The translations under genes were made by a program, and so were the position numbers. A stretch of 64,000 nucleotides of DNA from an uncultured Gemmatimonadales bacterium (GTDB taxonomy: Bacteria > Gemmatimonadota > Gemmatimonadetes > Longimicrobiales > RSA9), in contig CAVUKA010000003.1 in assembly GCA_963741945.1 (NCBI GenBank), forward strand, positions 512,001-576,000, read 5' to 3'. Numbering within the stretch: the first letter of the stretch is position 1; the number at the start of each line of letters is the position of its first letter. Of the stretch, positions 30,973 through 39,665 are shown piece after piece. The notes beneath the pieces were generated by a model. It searched no databases. It was not told where the DNA came from and saw only the letters and a program-made list of their open reading frames with translations.

Positions 30973-31290
30973 ATGATCTATCCCAGGCGACAGACACTGC
31001 TTCGGAGCCGGATCCCGACGGTCCGTGTCCGCCTTGCCACCGACAATGGCGAGACGAGCCTGCGCGTGCGCTGGCGCGAGCGCCCCATCGACCTCCAGCG
31101 CCGCATCCTCTACCTGTTGCGACAGGGCAAGCCGATCTGGCTCGAGGACGAATGGGGACACGGGATCTGCTTCAAGCCCGAGTGCGTCTGGGGCGCGGCC
31201 GTGGACGGCCGCACGGACGCGCAGACGGCAGGGGTCAGCGACGCGGTGCGTCCTGGCGGGGTGCGTCCTTCTCCCGCGCCGGGGCGGTGA
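30973..31290 (+). CDS. Small hypothetical protein
   Basis: MIYPRRQTLL...IWLEDEWG... has coding-like codon use. The tail overlaps the convergent gene. Confidence 0.5.
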   Translation: MIYPRRQTLLRSRIPTVRVRLATDNGETSLRVRWRERPIDLQRRILYLLRQGKPIWLEDEWGHGICFKPECVWGAAVDGRTDAQTAGVSDAVRPGGVRPSPAPGR

Positions 31291-31936
31291 ACACCACCGG
31301 GATGCGAACGATCACGCGCACGGCCTGATCCCGGTTGCGGGCAGGGCGGAACCGCATCGCCTCCGCCACTTCCAGTGCCAGCGTGTCCAGCGCCGGGTGC
31401 CCGCACGATGCAGAGAGCACCCCCCGCACTACCCGCCCTTCCTCATCCAGCCACAGGCGCAGCACTGACTCGCCCGCGACGCCCCGCGCCGCCAGCTCCT
31501 GGGGGTAGCGCTCCTTGATCAACGCTTTCACATCGGCCGTGTTCAGCAACGCCGGGAGCGTGTACTCCACCTGGAACGGCTGGAAGTCCGACAGCGGTGC
31601 CGGCGCCGGTCCGGGCAGCGCGTCGAGTGTGATGTCCAGCCGGAGCTGCCGACCGGCCGGGATCGACACCACCACGTCCACGGAGTCGTGGCCCGGGTGC
31701 GCCACGCGCAGCCGCCAGCGCCCCGGCTCGATCCCATCCAGCCGATAGCTGCCATCGGCATCCGTCCAGTCGGAAACGGTGTCGCCCAGGATGCGCACGT
31801 GGGCGTACGCGATCGCATGCCCATCGTCCGAGCTCCGGACGACGCCGGAGACCGAGCCCACCGCACCCACCGCACCCTGCCCCGCCGGCGATGATAGCAG
31901 TGCCACCGACAGGAGCGCGGCCGTCCATATGCTCAT
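31235..31936 (-). CDS. TonB family protein with N-terminal carboxypeptidase-regulatory-like domain
   Basis: Signal peptide, VSGVV...TDADGSYRL...PGRWRL...HPG, then YP...GVAG...LDEEGRV...MRFRPA. Confidence 0.85.
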   Translation of the reverse strand: MSIWTAALLSVALLSSPAGQGAVGAVGSVSGVVRSSDDGHAIAYAHVRILGDTVSDWTDADGSYRLDGIEPGRWRLRVAHPGHDSVDVVVSIPAGRQLRLDITLDALPGPAPAPLSDFQPFQVEYTLPALLNTADVKALIKERYPQELAARGVAGESVLRLWLDEEGRVVRGVLSASCGHPALDTLALEVAEAMRFRPARNRDQAVRVIVRIPVVFTAPAREKDAPRQDAPRR

Positions 31937-32664
31937 GGCCAGATCAGCTCCCCACCCGACTCCCGCGCGGGCACGAGCGCCCGCAGCTTCCCGTCCGACA
32001 ACTCCGCGTACACGTCGCCATTCACCACCAGGCGAGCGTAGGTGACGCTTTCGGGCAGCTCGATCAGCAGCTCTCCGCCGGCAACACCCCGCACCCCGAT
32101 CCGGCCACGGCCGGTCTCGAACCGGGGCTCGGCGGCCGCACCCACCACGGACACGGACGCTTCATCGACGGACGTCTGCCGGAGGCGGATGGTGACCTGC
32201 TCCACGTCCTCGAGCGTGACGTCCAGCGCCCCGCCTGACGGGATCACGGCTACGCCGGCGGGCATCGGCGGTTCCTCCACCCGCGCTGCCGACACGGTCG
32301 GCGGCGCCACCGCCGGGGCGGCGCCCCCGACCACCTGCCGCACCCAGCCCCGGACCGGCGATCCGGGAACCGCCGCCGACGCCGCCGCGGCCACCGCCAG
32401 AATCAGCCCGGCCGCTTTGGCCAGCGAGCCCACCCCCCTCCCTCCACCCCACCGCGCCGCCCGCGCCACACCCTCGGGCTCCGCTTCCTCGTCGAGCAGC
32501 GAAACGGCAGCCGAGAACACCGCGCTCGCCCGCTTCAGCTCCTCGTGCGAGCCGCGGCACTGCTCGCAGGCCAGCATGTGCTCCGCCGCGGCCCCACGCT
32601 CCGCCGTGGGCAGCTCGTCATCCAGAAACGCTTGCAGCGTCCCCTCATCCAGATGATTCGTCAT
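31933..32664 (-). CDS. Zinc-binding (ZAS/zf-HC2) membrane anti-sigma factor
   Basis: HLDEGTLQAFLDDEL...HMLACEQC (Hx3Cx2C), one TM helix; coupled to the ECF sigma gene. Confidence 0.87.
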   Translation of the reverse strand: MTNHLDEGTLQAFLDDELPTAERGAAAEHMLACEQCRGSHEELKRASAVFSAAVSLLDEEAEPEGVARAARWGGGRGVGSLAKAAGLILAVAAAASAAVPGSPVRGWVRQVVGGAAPAVAPPTVSAARVEEPPMPAGVAVIPSGGALDVTLEDVEQVTIRLRQTSVDEASVSVVGAAAEPRFETGRGRIGVRGVAGGELLIELPESVTYARLVVNGDVYAELSDGKLRALVPARESGGELIWP

Positions 32665-33155
32665 GTACCCGTCACTTTGGCGCGCGACCCCCTGTACGCC
32701 TGCGCGAACCGTTTCGCGGCTCGCGCCAGCAGCGTCCCCACCGAGCCCGGGGCTACTTCGACGGCGCGCGCAATCTCTTCGTATTTGAACCCTTCTTCCC
32801 GCATCAACAGCATCGTGCGGTCCCGCTCCGGCAGCACCTCCAGCGCCGCCCGCACCGCCGCGACCCGCTCCCGCCGCTCCGTGGCTTCATCGGGGTGCGG
32901 TGCGTGTCCCGGCCGAGGGACGTAGATCTCCAGGCGACGATGGCGCTCCGCCTTTCTCGCCCGGTCCCGCACCAGATTCGTCGCCACCGTGAACAGCCAC
33001 GGACGCACTTCCTCCCTCGGCAGCGACTGATCGGTCAGGCGCACGAACGCCTCCTGTGCCGCGTCCTCCGCCGCATCCGCGTCTCCCGTGAGTCGGTGCA
33101 GGTAGCGCAACAGCGCCGGGTGGAGGTCGCGGAAGAGCGCATCAAAGTCCGTCAT
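32661..33155 (-). CDS. ECF RNA polymerase sigma factor
   Basis: DAAEDAAQEAF, WLFTVATN, EGFKYEEIA...GSVGTLLARA. Confidence 0.92.
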   Translation of the reverse strand: MTDFDALFRDLHPALLRYLHRLTGDADAAEDAAQEAFVRLTDQSLPREEVRPWLFTVATNLVRDRARKAERHRRLEIYVPRPGHAPHPDEATERRERVAAVRAALEVLPERDRTMLLMREEGFKYEEIARAVEVAPGSVGTLLARAAKRFAQAYRGSRAKVTGT

Positions 33156-33212
33156 CGACCGCCCTCCCGGCCCCCGGCAGAAGAACGCGCGTGGCCCGGT
33201 GCCTGTGACACA

Positions 33213-34751
33213 TCAGGGGCCGCCGCGGAGGAGCCCCCAGAGACCGCGGGCGCGGGCCGTGGCACCGGAGCCGTGAAGGAGGTGAACGAGGGCGCGGGCG
33301 CGTCCGACGCCGAAGCGGCGGAAGGGGAAGCCGCCCACGGGCTCGCGGGTCAGGCCAGCGCGGTCGATGAGGACGGCGCGGGTCTGGGTCATCTCCCGCA
33401 GTCCCTCCTCGCCGTGGACGCGGCCATAGCCGCTCTCGCCCATGCCGCCGAAGGGGAGACCGGGGACGTCGGCGTGGAAGAGGACATCGTTGACGGAGAC
33501 CATTCCGGCGCGGAGCCGGCGCACCAGTTTCTCGCCGCGGCGGCGTCCCGTCCAGATGCTTGCGGCCAGCGCGTAAGGGGAGTCGTTGGCCAGTCGGATG
33601 GCCTCTTCGGCGTCGGCCACTTTCATGACGGGCATGACGGGGCCGAAGCTCTCCTCGCGCATGATGGTCATGGAGTGGTCGGCGTCGGCCACCACGGCGG
33701 GGGCGAAGTGGCGCCCCGGCCCCGGGAGCCGGTATCCCCCGGCGAGGATCCGGGCGCCGCGCTCGCGAGCGTCCTCGATCTGCCGCTCGAGGCGAGTCAT
33801 CTGCGCCTCGGTGGTGACTGCGCCAATGTCGCCATCCGGCCCCGCCGCGTTCGCCATCGTCAGCGCCTCGGTCTCCGCCACCGCCCGCTCGAGGAAGCGG
33901 TCGTAGATGGGCGCTTCCACGTACACCCGCTCGACGGCGATGCAGATCTGACCGGCGTTCCAGAAGGATCCCATCACGGCCATGTTCGCGGCCCGGTCCA
34001 GGTCCGCATCGGCCAGAACGACCATGGCGTTCTTCCCGCCCAGCTCCAGGACCACGGGCACGAGGCGCCGGGCCGCGGCAGCGGCCACCTTCCGGCCATT
34101 CAGCGCCGAGCCGGTGAAGCTGATCTTGTCGATGTCGCCGCCCACGAGGGCCGCCCCCGTGCCGCCGTCGCCGGTGGCGACGAGGAAGACGTCCTCGGGA
34201 AAGCCCGCGTCGAGGGCGATCTCGCGCATCAGGAGCGCACAGAGCGGCGACAGCTCCGACGGCTTGAGCACCACGGTATTGCCCGTGACCAGCGCGGCCA
34301 TGACGGCGCGCATCGGGTTGAATATCGGGAAGTTCCAGGGCGAGATGATCCCGACCACGCCGAACGGCTCGTGCTCCACCAGCCCCTTTTTCGTGACAAT
34401 CCAGGAGCGGACCTGCTGGCGCCGCATGACCTTCTCCACCCGGCGGCCGTAGAAGCGGGCGAGATCGAGCGTGGGGAGCACATCACCGAGGAGTCCCTCG
34501 TATACCGTCTTTCCCGACTCCCGACTGCTGAGCTCGGCGGCCTCATCCGCGCGCGCGGCGAGGGTTTGCCGGAAAGCGTCGAGCAGCCGCGCGCGGCCGG
34601 CATGACCGCGCGCGGCCCAGTCGGGCTGCGCGGCACGGGCCCGGGCCAGGAGGCCCCGGACAGAAGCTTCGTCCATGTTGGGGACGCGTTCCAGGATCTC
34701 GCCGTCGGCGGGGGCGCGAACTTCGATCTCCGCCGGCCGCCCTTCGCTCAC
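33213..34751 (-). CDS. Aldehyde dehydrogenase family protein
   Basis: ISPWNFP, LKPSE, FTGS, LELGGKN, GQIC, EESFGP, PFGGMGESGYGR. Confidence 0.93.
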   Translation of the reverse strand: MSEGRPAEIEVRAPADGEILERVPNMDEASVRGLLARARAAQPDWAARGHAGRARLLDAFRQTLAARADEAAELSSRESGKTVYEGLLGDVLPTLDLARFYGRRVEKVMRRQQVRSWIVTKKGLVEHEPFGVVGIISPWNFPIFNPMRAVMAALVTGNTVVLKPSELSPLCALLMREIALDAGFPEDVFLVATGDGGTGAALVGGDIDKISFTGSALNGRKVAAAAARRLVPVVLELGGKNAMVVLADADLDRAANMAVMGSFWNAGQICIAVERVYVEAPIYDRFLERAVAETEALTMANAAGPDGDIGAVTTEAQMTRLERQIEDARERGARILAGGYRLPGPGRHFAPAVVADADHSMTIMREESFGPVMPVMKVADAEEAIRLANDSPYALAASIWTGRRRGEKLVRRLRAGMVSVNDVLFHADVPGLPFGGMGESGYGRVHGEEGLREMTQTRAVLIDRAGLTREPVGGFPFRRFGVGRARALVHLLHGSGATARARGLWGLLRGGP

Positions 34752-35368
34752 GAGATCGGCTCCAGCGGGATCAGGACCCGGCTGTCCTGCCATTCCAGGA
34801 CGATCCCGGGCGGCGCGCGGTGCAACGTGAGCTGCTCGACCTGCGGCTCCACGCGCTCGACAGTGACCGGCGCGCGGCCCACTTCCTGGGCGCGGACCTC
34901 CGCTGTGTAGTTCGACTCGTGGCCCCACTGGGAAGTGGAGCGGTTCACGATCAGCGTCCACTCGTCGCCCGCGCGGGGGACCGTGTAGATCGAATAGGCG
35001 CCCGGCTCGATCGCCATCCCGGCAATGCGCACGGGCACCGTGACATGCAGCGTCGTGGGCTCGTTGGCCCCGGTACGCCAGAGGGTATCGTACGGGACCG
35101 ACTGGCCTCCGATCATGACGCGGCCGCGGAGCGACGGGCGGCCATAGCAGATCTTGGCCTTCCCGGTCCCCACGTCGAACACGATCGAATCGTACGGGCT
35201 CGGGCGCCCTTCCAGCGGCATGCGATCCGATGGCTCGCAGGCGGGGGCGAGCACCACGTTCTGCGCGGTATTGCTGGCGTTCTCGCCGTCGGCGGGGCCA
35301 CACGCCGTCATGGCGGTGGCCGCCATGGCCGCGAGGATGATCAGCGTCGCCGGGCTGCTGTTGGACAT
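34748..35368 (-). CDS. DUF2911-domain lipoprotein
   Basis: Lipobox MTAC; YGRPSLRGR...VPY..LWRTGANE.T...G.YSIYTVP...QWG. Confidence 0.87.
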   Translation of the reverse strand: MSNSSPATLIILAAMAATAMTACGPADGENASNTAQNVVLAPACEPSDRMPLEGRPSPYDSIVFDVGTGKAKICYGRPSLRGRVMIGGQSVPYDTLWRTGANEPTTLHVTVPVRIAGMAIEPGAYSIYTVPRAGDEWTLIVNRSTSQWGHESNYTAEVRAQEVGRAPVTVERVEPQVEQLTLHRAPPGIVLEWQDSRVLIPLEPIS

Positions 35369-35381
35369 CGGATCTCCTCCG

Positions 35382-36395
35382 TCATGCGCGATAGTACGTC
35401 AGTCCCATGGCCTCGCGCACCGCACCCATGGTCTCACGGGCCACGGCACGCATGCGGGCGTTCCCCGTGTGCAGGATGTCGTCGATCATCCCTTCCCGGG
35501 AGGCGAGCTCGGCCCTCCGCTCACGAATCGGATCCAGGAAGGCGTTCAGGGCGCGGGCGAGCTTCCGCTTCACCTCCACGTCGCCCACGGCCCCCTGGCG
35601 GTAGCGGGCCTTCAGGTCGTCCACTTCCGCCACGTCCGGATTGAAGAGGTCGTGGTAGATGAACACCGGGTTCCCCTCCACGGTGCCCGGGACATCGGCG
35701 CGAACCCGCTTCGGGTCCGTGAACATCTTCATGACCTGCGCGTTCACGGTCTTCTCGTCGTCCGACAGCAGGATGGCGTTTCCCAGGGACTTCGACATCT
35801 TGGTCTGCCCATCGATTCCCGGCAGCACCGTGTCGCTGCTGAGCAGCGGATCGGGCTCCGGGAAGACCTCACCGTAAAGATAATTGAACCGGCGCGCGAT
35901 CTCGCGTGTGATCTCCACGTGGGAGAGGTTGTCGCGGCCCACGGGGACCACGTGCGCCCGCGGGAGCAGGATGTCCGCCGCCTGGAGGACGGGGTAGCCG
36001 ACGAGTCCGAACGGGAGGACGTCGAGCCCGGCCGCCTGGGCCATGTCCTTGATGGTGGGCAGCCGCTCCAGCCGCGGCAGCGTGACCAGCATCTCCAGCA
36101 GGAGGTTCAGCTCCGACGTCTCCGGCACCGCGGACTGGACGAAGATGGTGCTGATCTCCGGATCGATGCCGAGCGCCAGGTAGTCGAGCACCATCTCCCG
36201 GATGTTGCCGGGGACCTGCGCCAGGTGCTCCTTTTCGGGTTTCGTGGTGAGCGTATGCAGGTCCGCGATGATGAAGAAGCACTCCATCTCCCGCTGCAGC
36301 CGCACGCGGTTCTGGATACTCCCGACCCAGTGCCCCAGGTGGAGCCGCCCCGTGGGCCGGTCTCCGGTCAGTACCCGCTTCCTTGCCTCCCCCAT
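35382..36395 (-). CDS. trpS: Tryptophan--tRNA ligase
   Basis: LTGDRPTGRLHLGH, YPVLQAADIL, VPVGRD, KMSKS. Confidence 0.96.
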   Translation of the reverse strand: MGEARKRVLTGDRPTGRLHLGHWVGSIQNRVRLQREMECFFIIADLHTLTTKPEKEHLAQVPGNIREMVLDYLALGIDPEISTIFVQSAVPETSELNLLLEMLVTLPRLERLPTIKDMAQAAGLDVLPFGLVGYPVLQAADILLPRAHVVPVGRDNLSHVEITREIARRFNYLYGEVFPEPDPLLSSDTVLPGIDGQTKMSKSLGNAILLSDDEKTVNAQVMKMFTDPKRVRADVPGTVEGNPVFIYHDLFNPDVAEVDDLKARYRQGAVGDVEVKRKLARALNAFLDPIRERRAELASREGMIDDILHTGNARMRAVARETMGAVREAMGLTYYRA

Positions 36396-36443
36396 GCCTC
36401 GCGTTCCTCCTCCGCAGCCACTCACCCGCCCCCGCGCCCGCGG

Positions 36444-36458
36444 GGGAACGAACTTTGC
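36444..36458 (+). promoter_or_regulatory. Putative sigma54 promoter
   Basis: GGGAAC-GAACT-TTGC (GG-N10-GC), 30 nt upstream of ATG 36489. Confidence 0.5.
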
Positions 36459-36488
36459 CCCCTTCCATCCAGAAGGAGGTACCCCGAA

Positions 36489-36803
36489 ATGGCCGAATAC
36501 GAATCCGTCCTCGAGACCCCGGAGCTCGGACCCGGCGAGAGCCGGGCGGTGGAAGTGCACGGCCGGCCGATCCTGCTCCTGAATGTGGGTCAGACATACT
36601 ACGCCCTCGACGCGCGCTGCCCCGAGAGCGGCGCCCCCCTCGAGCTCAAGACGCGGGACCACGTCGCCTGCACCGCGGATTCCGCCGAGTACGACGTAGC
36701 CACCGGTGAACGCGTGGACGCCGACGGCCGCCCGCTCCGCCGCTATCAGGTCCGCGTCGAGGGCAACGCGGTCAAGGTGGGGCCTCCGCTGGCCGGCCGC
36801 TAG
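36489..36803 (+). CDS. Rieske-ferredoxin-like protein lacking both His ligands
   Basis: Strong AAGGAGGT RBS. Rieske-fold pattern (LGPGESRAVEV.GRPILL...YYALDARCPE...CTADSAEYDVATGE...LRRYQVRVEG). Confidence 0.8.
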   Translation: MAEYESVLETPELGPGESRAVEVHGRPILLLNVGQTYYALDARCPESGAPLELKTRDHVACTADSAEYDVATGERVDADGRPLRRYQVRVEGNAVKVGPPLAGR

Positions 36804-37153
36804 CGTTCCACCTCGATGGGCGTGGCGCGAACGAACAGCTCGTGCAGCTCCTCGGCGCGCAGGCCGGGGAACGTCCCGGCCGCGACCAGCGCCTCTCGCA
36901 TCGGCCGGTCCGGGTCCGAGGCGCGGCAGAAATGCACGGCCATCAGGCGAGCGCGCCCGATCCTGCCGGTGCCGTAGGCCCCGGCTCCCACGGCCCGGGC
37001 CAGCCACGTCTCTCCGTCATGTTCGAACGTCCGCTCGGGCCGGTCCCACCCCGGCTCCCCTTCCGGCCCGGCCTCGACGTCCGGCCGCATCGTCTTCATG
37101 AGGTCGCGGACCGGGACCGGCCCGCCCGCCTCGTCGACCCGCTCGTCGCTCAT
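36800..37153 (-). CDS. Hypothetical protein
   Basis: ATG overlaps the queD stop (ATGA); coding-like composition. Confidence 0.7.
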   Translation of the reverse strand: MSDERVDEAGGPVPVRDLMKTMRPDVEAGPEGEPGWDRPERTFEHDGETWLARAVGAGAYGTGRIGRARLMAVHFCRASDPDRPMREALVAAGTFPGLRAEELHELFVRATPIEVER

Positions 37154-37587
37154 GGCGGGCTCCCGGGGCCCCCACCGAAGTAGTCGGCCCACAGGTTCTC
37201 GTCCTCGCGCAGGCGGAGCCGGTGCAGGCGAGCGCCGGCCGGAAGGCGCTGCTCCAGCCGGGGCCACATCCACGCCAGCAGGTTCTCCGTGGTGGGGATC
37301 CGGCCGCGTGGCCCGAACTCCTCGATCGCGTGATTCAGGTGCTGGTGGTCCAGCTGCCGCACCACTCCCGCGAGGGCCTCATCCAGCGCGCCGAGATCCA
37401 CGGAATACCCGGTATCCGCCGCGATCTCGCCCGCAATGGTGGCCTCCAGAGCGTAATTGTGCCCGTGGCCGTACGGATTGGCGCAGGCGCCGAAGACGCG
37501 CCGATTCCGCTCCTCGGTCCAGTCCTCGCGCCAGTATCGGTGTGCGGCCGAAAAGGCTACGCGTCGCGTGAGATAGGCGAGACTCAT
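37150..37587 (-). CDS. queD: 6-carboxytetrahydropterin / 6-pyruvoyltetrahydropterin synthase
   Basis: FSAAHRY...N.RVFGACANPYGHGHNY, LDHQHLN, PTTENL. Confidence 0.88.
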   Translation of the reverse strand: MSLAYLTRRVAFSAAHRYWREDWTEERNRRVFGACANPYGHGHNYALEATIAGEIAADTGYSVDLGALDEALAGVVRQLDHQHLNHAIEEFGPRGRIPTTENLLAWMWPRLEQRLPAGARLHRLRLREDENLWADYFGGGPGSPP

Positions 37588-37741
37588 GGGAGGCTGAAGC
37601 TAGAGCGGTGGCGCGTGGGCGTCCAGTCTCGACGCAATGCACGGCCGCCGTGCAGGCGCGGAACTTGCCACCCTTCCGACTCCAATACCCGGCACCGTCC
37701 GCCCCGGCGATGCGGCCAATCGAAGCTTCACCCAGCGTAAC

Positions 37742-38152
37742 ATGGCGCGGACCAGCGACGCCCGAGCACAGCCTACCAACGGCTCCACGATCCTCATTGC
37801 CGAGGATCACCCGGACAGCCGGGAAGCGCTGAGCGCGCTGCTGGAGGCCTTTGGCTTCCGCGTGCTCCCCGCCGTGAATGGCGAGGAGGCGGTGGCGCTG
37901 GCGCGTACGCGCCGTCCCGATCTCATCCTGATGGACGTCATGATGCCGGTCGTGGACGGTCTCGAGGCCACCCGTCGCATCCGGGGCTTTCCCGAGACGG
38001 CCCGCATCCCCATCATCACCATCACCGCGGTGGAGGAGATCAGGGATCGCGCCATCGATGCCGGAGCGGACGACTTCATGAGCAAGCCGATCAATTCCGG
38101 CGCCCTCCTGACCAAGGTGCGGGAATGGCTCACCGGAAAGGCGAATGCGTGA
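37742..38152 (+). CDS. Single-domain response regulator
   Basis: ILIAED, PDLILMDVMMP, DGLEATRRI, ITA, KP. Confidence 0.9.
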   Translation: MARTSDARAQPTNGSTILIAEDHPDSREALSALLEAFGFRVLPAVNGEEAVALARTRRPDLILMDVMMPVVDGLEATRRIRGFPETARIPIITITAVEEIRDRAIDAGADDFMSKPINSGALLTKVREWLTGKANA

Positions 38153-38855
38153 CGACGGGGAGACCGGCAGGAGCCTCGATCCCGGCCTGACCGGGTCCGG
38201 CGACGGCGGCCACGGCGGCGCCACGGCCACCCGACCCGCGGCGGGGCCCGCGACGTTCCCCTGGCCACCGCCGGAGGACGGGCCCGTCCTCGCCCGATTC
38301 CGGGACACGTGGCGGGAGGCCATGTTCCGCCCCACCGCGTTCTTTCGTCGCATCCCGCGCCATGGCGGCACCATCGCTGCGCTCAGCTTCTACCTGGTGG
38401 TGGGCGTGCTGGTGGCCGGGGTCAACCTGTTCTGGGACACGGTGGCCATGCACGTGGCGAGCGACGAAACCATGGCCGCCGTCGCGGGCTTCGCCAGCCT
38501 CCCTCCCCTCACCCGCTTCCTCCTCTCGCCCCTGGCGCTCGTGCTCGCGCTCGGCGTGGCCGCCGCGGTGACGCACGTCCTCCTCCTCGTCCTCGGCGGG
38601 GCCGACCACGGGTTCGGCACCACCGTCCGGACGTTCTCCTACGCGTACAGCCCCATGGGGCTCTCCGTGGTCCCGTTCCTGGGACCGCTCGTGGGCGCGG
38701 CGTGGATGGTGGCCATCGGGATCATCGGACTGCGGGAAGCGCACGAGACGGCCACCTGGAAGCCAGCCGTGGCCATCCTCCTCCCGTCCACCATCGCTCT
38801 CGCCGCCCTCGCCATGATGGCCACCGCGATCGCCACGCTGGGGAGCGCCGGGTGA
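38145..38855 (+). CDS. YIP1-family membrane protein
   Basis: FPW...TWREAMFRPTAFF followed by about five TM helices. Confidence 0.78.
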   Translation: MRDDGETGRSLDPGLTGSGDGGHGGATATRPAAGPATFPWPPPEDGPVLARFRDTWREAMFRPTAFFRRIPRHGGTIAALSFYLVVGVLVAGVNLFWDTVAMHVASDETMAAVAGFASLPPLTRFLLSPLALVLALGVAAAVTHVLLLVLGGADHGFGTTVRTFSYAYSPMGLSVVPFLGPLVGAAWMVAIGIIGLREAHETATWKPAVAILLPSTIALAALAMMATAIATLGSAG

Positions 38856-38889
38856 GGACGGGGGCCCGGCCCGCGCGTCGCGTCCGCGG

Positions 38890-39477
38890 TCAGGCGGCGG
38901 GGAGCTCGCCGGTGGACGATCTCGCCAGGCGAGGCTTGAGGGCGCGGAGCACATCGTCGCCGTAGAACATCGAGATGTACTTGGCCTGGACGGCGGTGAT
39001 GCTCCGCACGGCCCAGACCAACTCGACGTGGTTGGGCTCGCGCGGAACCGTCAGGACCTTCATCCCGGCCTCTTTCGGCAGGCGATTGCCCTTCCGGTTG
39101 TTACACGGCGAGCACGCGGCGACCACGTTGCCCCAGTCGTTCGCGCCGCCCCGTGACAGCGGGATGACGTGGTCCCTTGTCAGGAACTCCCTGCCCCGCA
39201 GCTCGCTCCGGTGCCGACCGCAGTACTGGCAGCTGTACGCGTCGCGCGCGAAAAGGAACGTGTTGGTCACCTGCCGACGGAATTTCCGCGGCACGTGCAC
39301 GTAGCGCACGAGCCGGATCACCACGGGACACGGGAGCTCGGTCCGCTCGGACCGGAAGACGCGGCTCTCGTCCACTTCCAGGATCTCGGCCTTGCGATCC
39401 AGGACGAGACGCAGCGCGCGCCGAACGGGGAGCAGCGTGAGCGGTTCGAAGGATGCGTTCAGCGCCAGACAGCCCAT
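38890..39477 (-). CDS. HNH endonuclease (McrA-like)
   Basis: LALNASFEPL, LFARDAYSCQYCG, TRDHVIPLSRGG...W.NVVAACSPCNNRKG. Confidence 0.92.
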   Translation of the reverse strand: MGCLALNASFEPLTLLPVRRALRLVLDRKAEILEVDESRVFRSERTELPCPVVIRLVRYVHVPRKFRRQVTNTFLFARDAYSCQYCGRHRSELRGREFLTRDHVIPLSRGGANDWGNVVAACSPCNNRKGNRLPKEAGMKVLTVPREPNHVELVWAVRSITAVQAKYISMFYGDDVLRALKPRLARSSTGELPAA

Positions 39478-39665
39478 GGTCGTCGTTCCGCCTCCTGCCA
39501 CGTGGAACCGAAGCACCTGGGCCGATCGAACGCGCTCCTGCAGAATCGTGAGCGGCCACAGATGACCGCTCCAAATCTTAGCGTCGCGGCTCCGTCCGCG
39601 CCACGGGGACGGCATCGCGCGGGTTCGCGACCGACGCCGCGCGATCGAGACGGGCGCGGTCGGAC

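Noticed and set aside
37660-37690. GGAACTT...TCCAAT as an ECF promoter for the response regulator
   Set aside because: Spacing is shorter than the usual 16-17 nt and there is only one instance.
38890-39477. HNH nuclease as a mobile element or defence system
   Set aside because: Widespread stand-alone McrA-like type with host-like composition. No methylase, repeats or intron context.
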